Origin: Macrostomum lignano
Lineage: Eukaryota
Assembly (NCBI GenBank): GCA_002269645.1
Contig: NIVC01000215.1
Location: 558,001 to 622,000 of the forward strand
DNA length: 64,000 nucleotides
Reading direction: 5' to 3'
The notes under the pieces are model-generated. The model searched no databases. It saw only the letters and a program-made list of their open reading frames with translations, and was not told where the DNA came from. Position 1 is the stretch's first letter, and each line of letters starts with the position of its first letter. The translations under genes and the position numbers were made by a program. Positions 1-12,508 of this stretch are shown in pieces.

Positions 1-860
1 AACCCTGACCTACTGACAAACCAAAACTCTGACACACCTACTGACACAAACTGAAACGCTGACACACCTACTGACACAAACTGAAACCCTGACACACCTA
101 CTGACACAAACTGAAACCCTGACACACCTACTGACACAAACTGAAACCCTGACACACCTACTGACACAAACTGAAACCCTGACACACCTACTGACACAAA
201 ATGAAACCCTGACACACCTACTGACACAAACTGAAACCCTGACACACCTACTGACACAAAATGAAACCCTGACACACCTACTGACACAAACTGAAACCCT
301 GACACACCTACTGACACAAACTGAAACCCTGACACACCTACTGACACAAACTGAAACCCTGACACACCTACTGACACAAACTGAAACCCTGACACACCTA
401 CTGACACAAACTGAAACCCTGACACACCTACTGACACAAACTGAAACCCTGACACAACTACTGACACAAACTGAAACCCTGACCTACTGACAAACCGAAA
501 CTCTGACACACCTACTGACACAAACTGAAACAATTACCTACTGACACAAACCGAAACCCAGACACCTACTGACAAACCGAAACTCTAACACACCTACTGA
601 CACAAACCGACACCGACACATACTGACACAAACTGAAACTGACACAACTATTGATTTGATAATAAATAAAGCTGACCAAACTACTGACACACCTACTGAC
701 ACAAACTGTAACTCTAACACACCTGACATATATTGAATATCTGACACACCTACTGACACCTACTGAATATCTGACACACCTACTGACACCTACTGAATAT
801 CTGACACACCTACTGACACAAACTAAATATCTGACACACCTACTGACACAAACTGAATAC
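1..860. repeat. 30-bp minisatellite (GACACACCTACTGACACAAACTGAAACCCT)n in Vps18 intron 4; near-perfect to ~540, then decaying
   Basis: Direct 30-bp periodicity visible line by line. Confidence 0.95.
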
Positions 861-1062
861 CTGACACGCCTACTGTCAAACTGAATGACAACCTACTGAC
901 AAGCTGACACTCGAACCGACACTAGAAAACCCTTTAGAGCTGACACTTTTAAAAAATTTCACCGACACTTGAAAGCTAAAACTTACTGACATGAGAAAAT
1001 ACCCATAACACTCCGCCTGACACAAGAACTGACACAAAATTACACAAAAGAGAATAACACAC

Positions 1063-1685
1063 CTCGGATGCCTATCAATGGTCTTAAGCGCCTCAGTATA
1101 ATCCTCATTCTCCAAATAGAACAGCACAATGGAATCCTGATCGTTTAGCATGCAGGCTAGGTACACCAAGTTCTCCGAATCCGCGTGACTCTGCATTAGC
1201 TGATAGATCACGTGACGCAGCCGTTCCAACAGCGGCTTCAACTGCGGCTTAGCCAGGAATCGGCGAAACTCTTCGCTCTCCAACGCGTAGTCCTGACTGT
1301 CCTGACGGCCGATGTCTCGCCAGGCGCCCAGCTTCTTCAAGTAGAGTTCGGTCAGCCAGATGAGCAGTACGGCGTCTCCGCCGCCGGCACCTGACTCCGA
1401 AGTCAGATCGGCATTTAGTCGGCATTTGAGCAGAATTTTCAATCCGTCAACGTCGCCATTCGGAGCGGACAGGAACTTCAGCGCCGTGTGCTCGAACGGC
1501 CGGTCGCTTTTGCTGAACAGATTGGCGCTGTCAACGAATTTGCCGTCGGCGAAAAATTTCTCGGCTAGCAGGGCGTACACTTGGGAGCGCTCCGCCTGGC
1601 TGGGGCAGCACTGCAGGGCCTGTTCGTGCTGGCCCAGCTGCAGGTAGATGCGCCACGCTAGGCTGCGCTCGTCACCGATGTCCAC
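1063..1685 (-). CDS. VPS18: Vps18 (HOPS/CORVET subunit) exon 4; gene continues beyond left edge
   Basis: VDIGDERSLAWRIYLQLG..FEHTALKFL..LLIWLTELYL..LYQLM-like QSH..YLENEDYTEAL resembles the Vps18 clathrin-repeat region; acceptor CCCCAG at 1686, donor GTGTGT at 1062 (phase 2). Confidence 0.88.
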
Positions 1686-1699
1686 CTGGGGTTGTTGGA

Positions 1700-1719
1700 G
1701 ATAGATAGATAGATAGATG

Positions 1720-1762
<43 letters not shown>

Positions 1763-1763
1763 G

Positions 1764-1802
<39 letters not shown>

Positions 1803-1855
1803 GGATAGATAGATAGATAGATAGATGGATAGATAGATAGATAGATAGATAGATG

Positions 1856-1893
<38 letters not shown>

Positions 1894-1898
1894 CAGAC

Positions 1899-1947
<49 letters not shown>

Positions 1948-2109
1948 GCCGGACAGACAGACAGACAGACAGCCGGACAGACAGACAGACAGACAGACAG
2001 ACAGCCGGACAGACAGACAGACAGAGACAGACAGCCGGACAGACAGACAGACAGACAGCCGGACAGACAGACAGACAGACAGCCGGACAGACAGACAGAC
2101 AGACAGCCG

Positions 2110-2145
<36 letters not shown>

Positions 2146-2212
2146 GCCGGACAGACAGACAGACAGACAGCCGGACAGACAGACAGACAGACAGACAGAC
2201 AGCCGGACAGAC
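1700..2212. repeat. Compound (GATA)n(GACA)n microsatellite, Vps18 intron 3
   Basis: Direct inspection. Confidence 0.97.
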
Positions 2213-2245
2213 AGGCAGGCAGCCACAACCAGCAATCGCAATCAC

Positions 2246-2443
2246 CTTATACACGCCAACTTCGGTGAAGGCCCAGAGCAGCCTGGCAGAGGAGTCGAAG
2301 GCCATGCCCCGGTAAGTCAGCTGGCCCCTGTCCTGGGCGTCAACCCTGGACACGGCCAGCCCATTGAGCAGGCTGTGCACTGCCAGCCGGTCGGTGTACA
2401 GCAGCACCACGTGATAATTAAGCGACTCGGCCGTGATTGGAAC
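2246..2443 (-). CDS. VPS18: Vps18 exon 3
   Basis: VPITAESLNYHVVLLYTDRL..LLWAFTEVGVYK (Pep3/Vps18 domain); GCAG acceptor, GTGATT donor, 198 nt, phase 0/0. Confidence 0.88.
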
Positions 2444-2639
2444 CTGCGCAGTGCAGAGAATCATAGAAAAGTACATGCACTTTTTACGAGATTTATGCGA
2501 GTTATTACAGTGAGAGTATTAGAGTAAAAGGGTAGTACAAGAGAATAGTACAAGAGTATTATTTTACTTCGGCGGATAAAGAGGACTAAGGAGCGGAGTA
2601 GGGGCGGAAATATTAAGGTTGAGTGGCGGCATGCGATAA

Positions 2640-3380
2640 TTGAGGAGCGGATTGAAGGGCGGATTGAAGGGCGGATGGAGCGGATTGAAGGGCGGATGGA
2701 GCGGATTGAAGGGCGGATTGAAGGGCGGATTGAAGGGCGGATTGAAGGGCGGATGGAGCGGATTGAAGGGCGGATTGAAGGGCGGATGGAGCGGATTGAA
2801 GGGCGGATTGAAGGGCGGATGGAGCAGATTGAATGGCGGATGGAGCGGATTGAAGGGCGGATGGGGCGGATTGGGCGGATTGAATGGCGGATGGAGCGGA
2901 TTGAATGGCGGATGGAGCGGGAAGGGCAGATGGGGCGGATTGGGCAAATTGAAGGGCGGATGGAGCGGATTGAAGGGCGGATGGGGCGGATTGAAGGGCG
3001 GATGGGGCAGATTGAAGGGCGGATTGAAGGACGGATGGAACGGATTGAAGGGCGGATGGAGCGGATTGAAGGGCGGATGGGGCAGATTGAAGGGCGGATG
3101 GAGCGGATTGAAGGGCGGATTGAAGGGCGGATCCAGCGGATTAAACGGCGGATTAAACGGCGGATTGAACGGCGGATGGAGCGGATTGAAGGGCGGATGG
3201 GGCAGATTGAAGGGCGGATGGAGCGGATTGAAGGGCGGATTGAAGGGCGGATCCAGCGGATTAAACGGCGGATTAAACGGCGGATTGAACAGAGAATTGA
3301 ACGGCGGATTAAACGGCGGATTGAACGGCGGATGGAGCGGATTGAAAGGCGGATTGGGCGGATTGAAGGGAGGATGGCAG
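2640..3380. repeat. 12/9-bp minisatellite (GAAGGGCGGATT / GGAGCGGAT), Vps18 intron 2
   Basis: Direct periodicity; produces spurious ORFs in several frames. Confidence 0.95.
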
Positions 3381-3443
3381 ATGAAGCAGATCGAAAAGAG
3401 CGGATTAGAGCAGGAAGCGGATGAAGCAAGCAAGCCAGCCTAC

Positions 3444-3872
3444 CTGCTTATTCTCATAGGGCAACAGGATGCATTTGTCGGTGCAAAAGTTCGGCAGGCC
3501 GTGGTCAAGAAAGCCGCAGTAGCAGCCCAGGCCGGACAGCCAGGCTACAGTATAATCCGCCCCTTTAGGCGATGTGCGCAACAATTTCAAACAGCTTCGG
3601 CCCAAATCTGGCGGATGACTTTTGAAGGGCGGCCCGCCGGCTTCGCTTAAAGCTTTAGCGAACAGAGGAGCGTAGTGAGCAGACGAGCCGTCAGCTGTGA
3701 TAGCCAGCTTGCCTTTGAATTCGTACAGGTGCACCGGAGTGCTGGCCAATAGGAAGTAGCGACGCTTTTTGTTTCGACTGGAGTCGGCCACGTCGGCTGA
3801 TTGAATGACGCCCAGTTGAAGGCCGGTGACGGTCTTGCCCAGGCTGAACAGCTGGTGACAGTACTGGTCCGC
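3444..3872 (-). CDS. VPS18: Vps18 exon 2
   Basis: ADQYCHQLFSLGKTVTGLQ..RYFLLASTPVHLYEFKG..VAWLSGLGCYCG; CCGCAG acceptor, GTAGGC donor, 429 nt, phase 0/0. Confidence 0.85.
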
Positions 3873-3974
3873 CTGCGGATGTTGGCAATGCGGAGAATAT
3901 AGGTTTGAGTAGTGCGGTATGCTCAGGTTAGTGTCTGAGCACTCCCACTAGTATGGGTACTCCAATGGAACTCC

Positions 3975-4555
3975 AACTACCTGAATAGTATCTGAGCACA
4001 CTATAGTATCTGAGCAGCCTCAATAGTATCTGAGCACACTATAGAATCTGAGCAGCCTCAATAATATCTGAGCAGCCTCAATAGTATCTGAGCAGCCTCA
4101 ATAGAATCTGAGCACTCTCAATAGTATCTGAGCACACTATAGTATCTGAGCAGCCTCAATAGTATCTGAGCACACTATAGAATCTGAGCAGCCTCAATAG
4201 TATCTGAGGAGCCTCAATAGTATCTGAGCAGCCTCAATAGTATCTGAGCAGCCTCAATAGTATCTAAGCACTCTCAATAGTATCTGAGCACCCTCAATAG
4301 TAGCTGAGCACTCTCAATAGTATCTGAGCACCCTCAATAGTATCTGAGCACTCTCAATAGTATCTGAGCACCCTCAATAGTATCTGAGCACCCTCAATAG
4401 TATCTGAGCACCCTCAATAGTATCTGAGCACCCTCAATAGTATCTGAGCACCCTCAATAGTATCTAAGCACTCTCAATAGTATCTGAGCACACTCAATAG
4501 TATCTGAGCACTCTCAATAGTATCTGAGCACCCTCAATAGTATCTCAGCACTTCT
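3975..4555. repeat. 20-bp minisatellite (AATAGTATCTGAGCACCCTC)n, Vps18 intron 1
   Basis: Direct periodicity. Confidence 0.95.
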
Positions 4556-4715
4556 ACTGGTATCCAAGAGCACTTTTTTAACTCAGAGCACAATAATGTG
4601 AATGTCTAAGTATTATTATCCGAGTACATGAGCATAAGCACCTCGTAAGCATTAGTACTTAGGCACCCTAAATTACGAGCAAGCAATTTACAGTAATTTA
4701 CATAATCGGACAAAC

Positions 4716-5318
4716 TTTTTTATCATCTCCACCAAGCAGCCCCATAGCGTGTCGCATTCCGCCGCCTCCGCTGCCACCGCTGCCGCCAGCATCAGCGAAC
4801 AGGGCCAACTCGTAGATGTGACCATCGGCCGTGCCAACCAGAATCGGTCCAGTCCCGCCGGCACCTTTGCCGCTATAAGCGATTCCATCGTCACCGGAAG
4901 GGCACCAAGCCACGCTATCCACTAGTTGATCCTTCAGTTTAGCGATAGGTTTAATTGCTATGCCAGCATCCTGATGATGCCTGTTGTTAGGCCAGCAGGC
5001 ATATAGAACGCAGCCGGACTGCATGCTGGCAATGATGTGGGTACCAGTGGGATCGAAGAACAGACTGTGTAGCCGATCGTCTGAGCCGCCACTCTTGGCC
5101 AACTCTAAGCGCTGCAAAGCTTTGCTATCAGATCGGCGAGTGTCAATGCAGTGCAAATAGTTGCTAGGGAAAGCCATTAGTAACCGACCGGAAGCGGCTA
5201 GCAGGTGAGTGATGGGCAGTGGCGGTTGGAATGCTTCGATTCGTTGAATTCGAAGCAATTGACCCGCTGCTGCTTCCAGCTGTTGCTGGTGCTGTTGCTC
5301 CTGCTGCTGGTAGTCCAT
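4716..5318 (-). CDS. VPS18: Vps18 exon 1
   Basis: ATG at 5318; LFFDPTGTHII, KLKDQLVDSVAW and GPILVGTADGHIYE resemble the Vps18 beta-propeller; donor GTTTGT at 4715 in phase 0 joins exon 2 in frame. Confidence 0.85.
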
Positions 5319-5365
5319 GGCTGGCTGGGAATGGCAATTTTTGTAGATTCATTCTTATCTTCAAA

Positions 5366-6150
5366 TCTCCAGGTGGGAGTCTTGATTCTCTACAGATCTT
5401 CAGGTGGGAGTCTTGATTATCTACAGATCTCCAGGTGAGAGTCTTGATTATCTACAGATCTTCAGGTGGGAGTCTTGATTATCTACAGATCTCCAGGTGG
5501 GAGTCTTGATTATCTACAGATTTCCAGGTGGGAGTCTTGATTATCTACAGATCTCCAGGTGGGAGTCTTGATTATCTACAGATCTCCAGGTGGGAGTCTT
5601 GATTATCTACAGATCTCCAGGTGGGAGTCTTGATTATCTACAGATCTTCAGGTGGGAGTCTTGATTATCTACAGATCTCCAGGTGGGAGTCTTGATTATC
5701 TACAGATTTCCAGGTGGGAGTCTTGATTATCTACAGATCTCCAGGTGGGAGTCTTGATTATCTACAGATCTCCAGGTGGGAGTCTTGATTATCTACAGAT
5801 CTCCAGGTGGGAGTCTTGATTATCTACAGATCTCCAGGTGGGAGTCTTGATTATCTACAGATCTCCAGGTGGGAGTCTTGATTATCTACAGATCTCCAGG
5901 TGGGAGTCTTGATTATCTACAGATTTCCAGGTGGGAGTCTTGATTATCTACAGATCTCCAGGTGGGAGTCTTGATTATCTACAGATCTCCAGGTGGGAGT
6001 CTTGATTATCTACAGATTTCCAGGTGGGAGTCTTGATTATCTACAGATCTCCAGGTGAGAGTCTTGATTCTCTACAGATCTCCAGGTGGGAGTCTTGATT
6101 CTCTACAGATCTCCAGGTGGGAGTCTTGATTCTCTACAGATCTTCAGGTG
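5366..6150. repeat. 31-bp minisatellite (CCAGGTGGGAGTCTTGATTATCTACAGATCT)n, ~25 copies, just upstream of Vps18 ATG
   Basis: Direct periodicity. Confidence 0.96.
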
Positions 6151-6627
6151 AGAATTCCACTGATTTTGTGCAGATGAAGATTCTTAACGATTCCTAGTGG
6201 ATCTCCAGAGTTACAATATAACGCATATAAGCTACACCAAAAAACAAATTAATAAGACACACGGTAGACAAAGATCATAAATGGAACGATTGCTGTTAAC
6301 TGTGTAATTACATTTAATTAAGAAAAATGCTTACAGAACATATTGTAGCAACAATTGGATTAAAGCATCCCATGCGCTTTCACTAAAGTCGCCTAGCTAC
6401 CAATATTGTGACGAGCAAAGTGTCCCCTACGAGACAAGAAGAAATACAGCTAAAATTAGAACAAAAAAGAGAAAAAAACTCCCGACAGAAGATTGGGGGG
6501 AGGGCTGGGAAGTGACATCAAAGTGCCGATTTTCGCCGGCAATTATCTTCCACAAGCTAAAAACAACCAAACTTCCTCCAATTATTAAGTTCCCTAGCGT
6601 GGGCTGACGCAAAACTGGCTTCTACTA

Positions 6628-7620
6628 TTTGGGGGCAAACAGGATGGCAGTTTCGGTAGAATAACGGCAGATTTGGGGGCAAACAGGATAGCAGTTTCAA
6701 TAGAATAACGGCAGATTTGGGGGCAAACAGGATGGCAGTTTCGGTAGAATAACGGCAGATTTGGGGGCCAATAGGATGGCAGTTTCGGTAGCATAACGGC
6801 AGATTTAGGGCAAACAGGATGGCAGTTTCGGTAGAATAACGGCAGATTTGGGGGCAAACAGGATAGCAGTTTCGGTAGAATAACGGCAGATTTGGGGGCA
6901 AACAGGATGGCAGTTTCGGTAGAATAATGGCAGATTTGGGGGGGAGATGATGGCAGTTTCGGTAGAATAATGGCAGATTTGGGGGGGAGATGATGGCAGT
7001 TTCGGTAGAAGAACGGCAGATTTGGAGGAAAGAGGATAGCAGTTTCAATAGAGGAGCGGCAGATTTGGGGGAGAAGAGGATGGCAGTTTCGGTAGAAGAA
7101 CGGCAGATTTGGGGCAAACAGGATGGCAGTTTCGGTAGAATAACGGCAGATTTGGGGGGGGGGAGATGATGGCAGTTTCGGTAGAATAACGGCAGATTTG
7201 GGGGGGGGAGATGATGGCAGTTTCGGTAGAAGAACGGCAGATTTGGGGGAGAGGATGACAGTTTCGGTAGAATAACGGCAGATTTGGGGGGAGGATGGCA
7301 GTTTCGGTAGAGGAGCGGCAGATTTGGGGGAGAAGAGGAAGGCAGTTTCGGTAGAAGAACGGCAGATTTTGGTGGGGAAAGATGATGGCAGTTTCGGTAG
7401 AATAACGGCAGATTTGGGGGCAAACAGGATGGCAGTTTCGGTAGAACAACGGCAGATTTGGGGGAGAGGATGACAGTTTCGGTAGAATAACGGCAGATTT
7501 GGGGGGTGGCAGTTTCAGTAGAATAACGGCAGATTTGGGGGGAAAGAGGATGGCAGTTTCGGTAGAAGAACGGCAGATTTGGGGAAGAGGATGGCAGGCG
7601 AAAGAACAGCAGATTTGAGG
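6628..7620. repeat. ~44-bp minisatellite (TTTGGGGGCAAACAGGATGGCAGTTTCGGTAGAATAACGGCAGA)n downstream of Exosc7
   Basis: Direct periodicity with variable G-run. Confidence 0.94.
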
Positions 7621-7731
7621 AAGAAGATGGCAGTTTTGGAAGGCCGGTTAAGGAGGTTCGAGATGATATTTCTACCCAATCTTATTAGATTATACACTAT
7701 CCACATAAACGCCTAAGAAAGAAATGCACCA

Positions 7732-8246
7732 TTAAAGCACCCTAGCAACCAGTTTAGCAACCGAATCGTGCAACATCATAGCCTTGCGCACTCCAGTCTC
7801 AATTATCTCCGTCATGGACTCGAACTGTAGCGAGCCTTCGCCGCAAGTCTGGCAGGCCACCAGCCGGCCATTCGAATCAACTCCCACAGTTACTCTGGCC
7901 ATCGAGCAGGACTCTTCAAGTTGATTAGCGTCCACAATCTGTTGCGAGCCGATCCGGTGCACAGTGGCAAACAGAGGCAGAGCCTGGGCAGACAACAGGC
8001 TGGCTGGCAAAGCGCGCATCAACGCGGCTGAGGCAGCGATACTGGCCGCGTCTAGTAAATTGCCGTCGTAGCCTAGCAACAGGATGTCAACAAACACTGG
8101 AGTCGGGGTGCGCAGGCAGCGGTAGAGGCTGGATAGGTGAGCTTGGGCCTCATCAGCGAGCTGCTGCTGCTCTGGGCCGGAGCCGAGGCAGCTGCAGTCC
8201 ACCCACACTGATACTGGATGGCTGACCGCCTGCTGCTGCTGAACTG
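7732..8246 (-). CDS. EXOSC7: Exosome component RRP42 exon 2 (terminal)
   Basis: VWVDCS..VFVDILLLGYDGNLLDAASIAASAAL..LPLFATVHRIG..VDANQLEESCSMARVTVGV..GEGSL match the RNase PH-like RRP42; TTTCCAG acceptor in phase 1; stop at 7732-7734. Confidence 0.88.
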
Positions 8247-8269
8247 CTGGAAATAAGGAAGGGGGTTGG

Positions 8270-9045
8270 GGCGGAAATCAGGTATGAGAGGGAGCGGAAA
8301 GCAGGTATGAGAGGGAGCGGAAAGCAGGTATGAGAGGGAGCGGAAATCAGGTATGAGAGGGAGCGGAAAGCAGGTATGAGATGGAGCGGAAATCAGGTAT
8401 GAGATGGAGCGGAAATCAGGTATGAGATGGAGCGGAAATCAGGTATGAGAGGGAGCGGAAATTATATGAAAGGGGGAGATCAGGTATAAGAAGGGGTGGA
8501 AATCAGGTATTGATTATAATGAGGGGCGGAAATCAGGTATGGATAATAATGAGGGGGCGGAAATTAGGTATGGATAATAATGAGGGGCCGGAAATCAGGT
8601 ATGGATAATAATGAGTTGGCGAAAATCAGGTATGGATAATAATGAGGGGGCGGAAATCAGGTATGGATAATAATAGGGGGGGGGGGCGGAAATCAGGTAT
8701 GGATAATAATGAGGGGGCGGAAATTAGGTATGGATAATAATAATGAGGGGCCGGAAATCAGGTATGGATAATAATGAGTTGGCGAAAATCAGGTATGGAT
8801 AATAATGAGGGGCCGGAAATCAGGTATGGATAATAATGAGGGGGCGGAAATCAGTTATGGATAATAATGAGTTGGCCAAAATCAGGTATGGATAATAATG
8901 AGGGGGCGGAAATCAGGTATGGATAATAATAGGGGGGCGGAAATCAGGTATGGATTATGATGAGGGGCGGAAATCAGGTATGGATTATGATGAGGGGCGG
9001 AAATCAGGTATGGTTATGATGAGGGGCGGAAATCAGATATGTGGT
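8270..9045. repeat. 23-30-bp minisatellite (GGCGGAAATCAGGTATGGATAATAATGAGG-type), Exosc7 intron 1
   Basis: Direct periodicity; unit changes along the array. Confidence 0.93.
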
Positions 9046-9110
9046 TTATGGAAATGGAGAAATGAGGTACAAACGATCAGAGACAGTCATAAAACAGATA
9101 GCAGTCATAC

Positions 9111-9354
9111 CAACGGAGCCAGTAGATCCCTGTTGCTGGGCAGTCGCACCGGGATTATCTTCCTCTCGCACGGACACGAGCACGTCTGTCTCCCCTAGGC
9201 TGACCTGGGCTGAGGCGGTGGCGTAGCACAGCAGGTCCAGCCTGAGCGCGGCCTGCCGATAGGCCAGGCATTGCCGGCCGTCGATTCGAACAGCGTCTTG
9301 AACGCTATCGAATATGTACTGCCGCTCCGGCTCGCTTAGCAACTGGGCGAGTAG
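9111..9354 (-). CDS. EXOSC7: RRP42 exon 1 (5'-partial: no ATG in this exon)
   Basis: LSEPERQYIFDSVQDAVRIDGR..ASAQVSLGETDVLVSV resembles the RRP42 N-terminus; donor GTATGA at 9110 (phase 1); acceptor CCCACAG at 9355. Confidence 0.85.
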
Positions 9355-9384
9355 CTGTGGGATTTAACAGAAATTACTGTGATT

Positions 9385-12047
9385 TAGTGAAGATTGGTAG
9401 ATTCGATGAAGATTGGTAGATTCAGTGAAGATTGGTAGATTCAGTGAAGATTGGCAGATTCAGTGAAGATCGGCAAATTCGGTGAAGATCGGCAGATTCG
9501 GTGAAGATCGGCAGATTCAGTGAAGATTGGCAGATTCGGTGAAGATTGGTAGATTTGGTGAAGATTGGCAGATTCAGTGAAGATTAGCAGATTCAGTGAA
9601 GATTGGCAGATTCGGTGAAGATTGGCAGATTTAGTAAAGATTGGCAGATTCGGTGAAGATCGGCAGATTCGGTGAAGATCGGCAGATTCAGTGAAGATTG
9701 GTAGATTCGTGAAGATTGGCAGATTCGGTGAAGATTGGCAGATTCAGTGAAGATTGGCAGATTCGGTGAAGATCGGCAGATTCAGTGAAGATTGGCAGAT
9801 TCGGTGAAGATTGGTAGATTCGGTGAAGATTGGCAGATTCAGTGAAGATTAGCAGATTCAGTGAAGATTGGCAGATTTAGTAAAGATTGGCAGATTCGGT
9901 GAAGATCGGCAAATTCGGTGAAGATCGGCAGATTCGGTGAAAATCGGCAGATTCGGTGAAGATTGGTAGATTCGGTGAAGATTGGCAGATTCAGTGAAGA
10001 TTGGTAGATTCGGTGAAGATTGGCAGATTCAGTGAAGATTGGCAGATTCAGTGAAGATTGGTAGATTCGGTGAAGATTGGCAGATTCGATGAAGATTGGT
10101 AGATTCGGTGAAGATTGGTAGATTCGGTGAAGATTGGTAGATTCGGTGAAGATTGGCAGATTCAGTGAAGATTGGCAGATTCAGTGAAGATTGGCAGATT
10201 TAGTAAAGATTGGCAGATTCGGTGAAGATCGGCAGATTCGGTGAAGATCGGCAGATTCAGTGAAGATTAGCAGATTCAGTGAAGATTGGCAGATTTAGTA
10301 AAGATTGGCAGATTCGGTGAAGATCGGCAAATTCGGTGAAGATCGGCAGATTCGGTGAAAATCGGCAGATTCGGTGAAGATTGGTAGATTCGGTGAAGAT
10401 TGGCAGATTCAGTGAAGATTGGTAGATTCGGTGAAGATTGGCAGATTCAGTGAAGATTGGCAGATTCAGTGAAGATTGGTAGATTCGGTGAAGATTGGCA
10501 GATTCGATGAAGATTGGTAGATTCGGTGAAGATTGGTAGATTCGGTGAAGATTGGTAGATTCGGTGAAGATTGGCAGATTCAGTGAAGATTGGCAGATTC
10601 AGTGAAGATTGGCAGATTTAGTAAAGATTGGCAGATTCAGTGAAGATTGGCAGATTCGGTGAAGATTGGCAGATTCGGTGAAGATTGGCAGATTCAGTGA
10701 AGATTGGCACATTTGATGAAGATTGGCAGATTCGGTGAAGATTGGCAGATTTAGTGAAGATTGGTAGATTCGATGAAAATTGGCAGATTCGATGAAGATT
10801 GGTAGATTCGATGAAAATTGGTAGATTTGGTGAAGATTGGCAGATTTGATAAAGATTGGCAGATTCAGTGAAGATTGGCAGATTCAGTGAAGATTGGCAG
10901 ATTCAGTGAAGATTGGCACATTTGATGAAGATTGGCAGATTCGGTGAAGATTGGCAGATTTAGTGAAGATTGGTAGATTCGATGAAAATTGGCAGATTCG
11001 ATGAAGATTGGTAGATTCGATGAAAATTGGTAGATTTGGTGAAGATTGGCAGATTTGATGAAGATTGGCAGATTCAGTGAAGATTGGCAGATTCAGTGAA
11101 GATTGGCAGATTCGATGAAGATTGGCAGATTCGGTGAAGATTGGTAGATTTGGTGAAGATTGGCAGATTCGGTGAAGATTGGCAGATTCAGTGAAGATTG
11201 GCAGATTCAGTGAAGATTGGCAGATTTAGTAAAGATTGGCAGATTCGGTGAAGATCGGCAGATTCGGTGAAGATCGGCAGATTCAGTGAAGATTGGTAGA
11301 TTCGTGAAGATTGGCAGCTTCGGTGAAGATTGGCAGATTCAGTGAAGATTGGTAAATTCAGTGAAGATTGGTAAATTCAGTGAGATTGGTAGATTCGGCG
11401 AAGATTGGCAGATTCGATGAAGATTGGCAGATTCGATGAAGATTGGCAGATTCAGTGAAGATTGGCAGATTCGGTGAAGATTGGCAGATTCAGTGAAGAT
11501 TGGCACATTTGATGAAGATTGGCAGATTCGGTGAAGATTGGCAGATTTAGTGAAGATTGGTAGATTCGATGAAAATTGGCAGATTCGATGAAGATTGGTA
11601 GATTCGATGAAAATTGGTAGATTTGGTGAAGATTGGCAGATTTGATGAAGATTGGCAGATTCAGTGAAGATTGGCAGATTTAGTGAAGATTGGTAGATTC
11701 GATGAAAATTGGCAGATTCGATGAAGATTGGTAGATTCGATGAAAATTGGTAGATTTGGTGAAGATTGGCAGATTTGATGAAGATTGGCAGATTCAGTGA
11801 AGATTGGCAGATTCAGTGAAGATTGGCAGATTCGATGAAGATTGGCAGATTCGGTGAAGATTGGTAGATTTGGTGAAGATTGGCAGATTCGGTGAAGATT
11901 GGCAGATTCAGTGAAGATTGGCAGATTCAGTGAAGATTGGCAGATTCAGTGAAGATTGGCAGATTCGATGAAGATTGGTAGATTCGATGAAGATTGGCAG
12001 ATTCGGTGAAGATTGGCAGATTCGGTGAAGATTGGTAGATTCGGTGA
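9385..12047. repeat. 19-bp minisatellite (GATTGGCAGATTCRGTGAA)n, ~140 copies, with higher-order duplications
   Basis: Direct periodicity. Confidence 0.97.
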
Positions 12048-12508
12048 GGCTAACCAAATCTACGGCCAAGATAATTTCTTTCTACAAAAAATAAGGCTTA
12101 AATATTAACAATTAAAAAAATAACCGCTAGTTTTATTTATTGAAGTTTCAAAAAAAACTGAAATTGACATTAAGAACGCTTAATTACAGTCAATTTCAAC
12201 ATTTTTATAAGCAAATAATGCACTAAAATGCAAGTAAAGAAATTAGTAAGTTTCGAACTCAAATACAATTAAAGACAGATAAGACTTAGACGTACTTGAT
12301 TAAAATGTTTGTTATGTTTCTAGGATAAATAGTTAAAGTTAATAAAAAACAATTACAATGAAGTATAAGATTGGACATAAATCGACCAGATAGTAGATAC
12401 CATAGATACGAGAATGACTATGCAACTAAAATAGTTAAAAAGTAGAGCGTCTACTCTTTTTCTTAATAGTTTGTTTGCGCAGTGTTATTTAAATTAATGT
12501 GGCAGCTA

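Noticed and set aside
2461-3650. Long ORFs on both strands (PPFN, GGLK, RIEG repeats)
   Set aside because: Translations of an intronic 12/9-bp minisatellite inside Vps18; the same applies to ORFs at 876-2476 (SVCL/SIYL parts), 6557-7449, 14396-15268, 17433-17856, 21796-22833, 33217-34528, 38916-39665, 47565-48877, 54262-55002, 59920-60604 and 61282-61788
4698-4716. Apparent premature stop or frameshift in Vps18 (DDKKVCPIM*)
   Set aside because: Explained by a phase-0 GT donor at 4715 that splices in frame to exon 2
5366-6150. CRISPR-like regular array
   Set aside because: Contiguous units with no unique spacers, no cas genes and a eukaryotic context; the same holds for the 61-bp, 33-bp and 44-bp arrays
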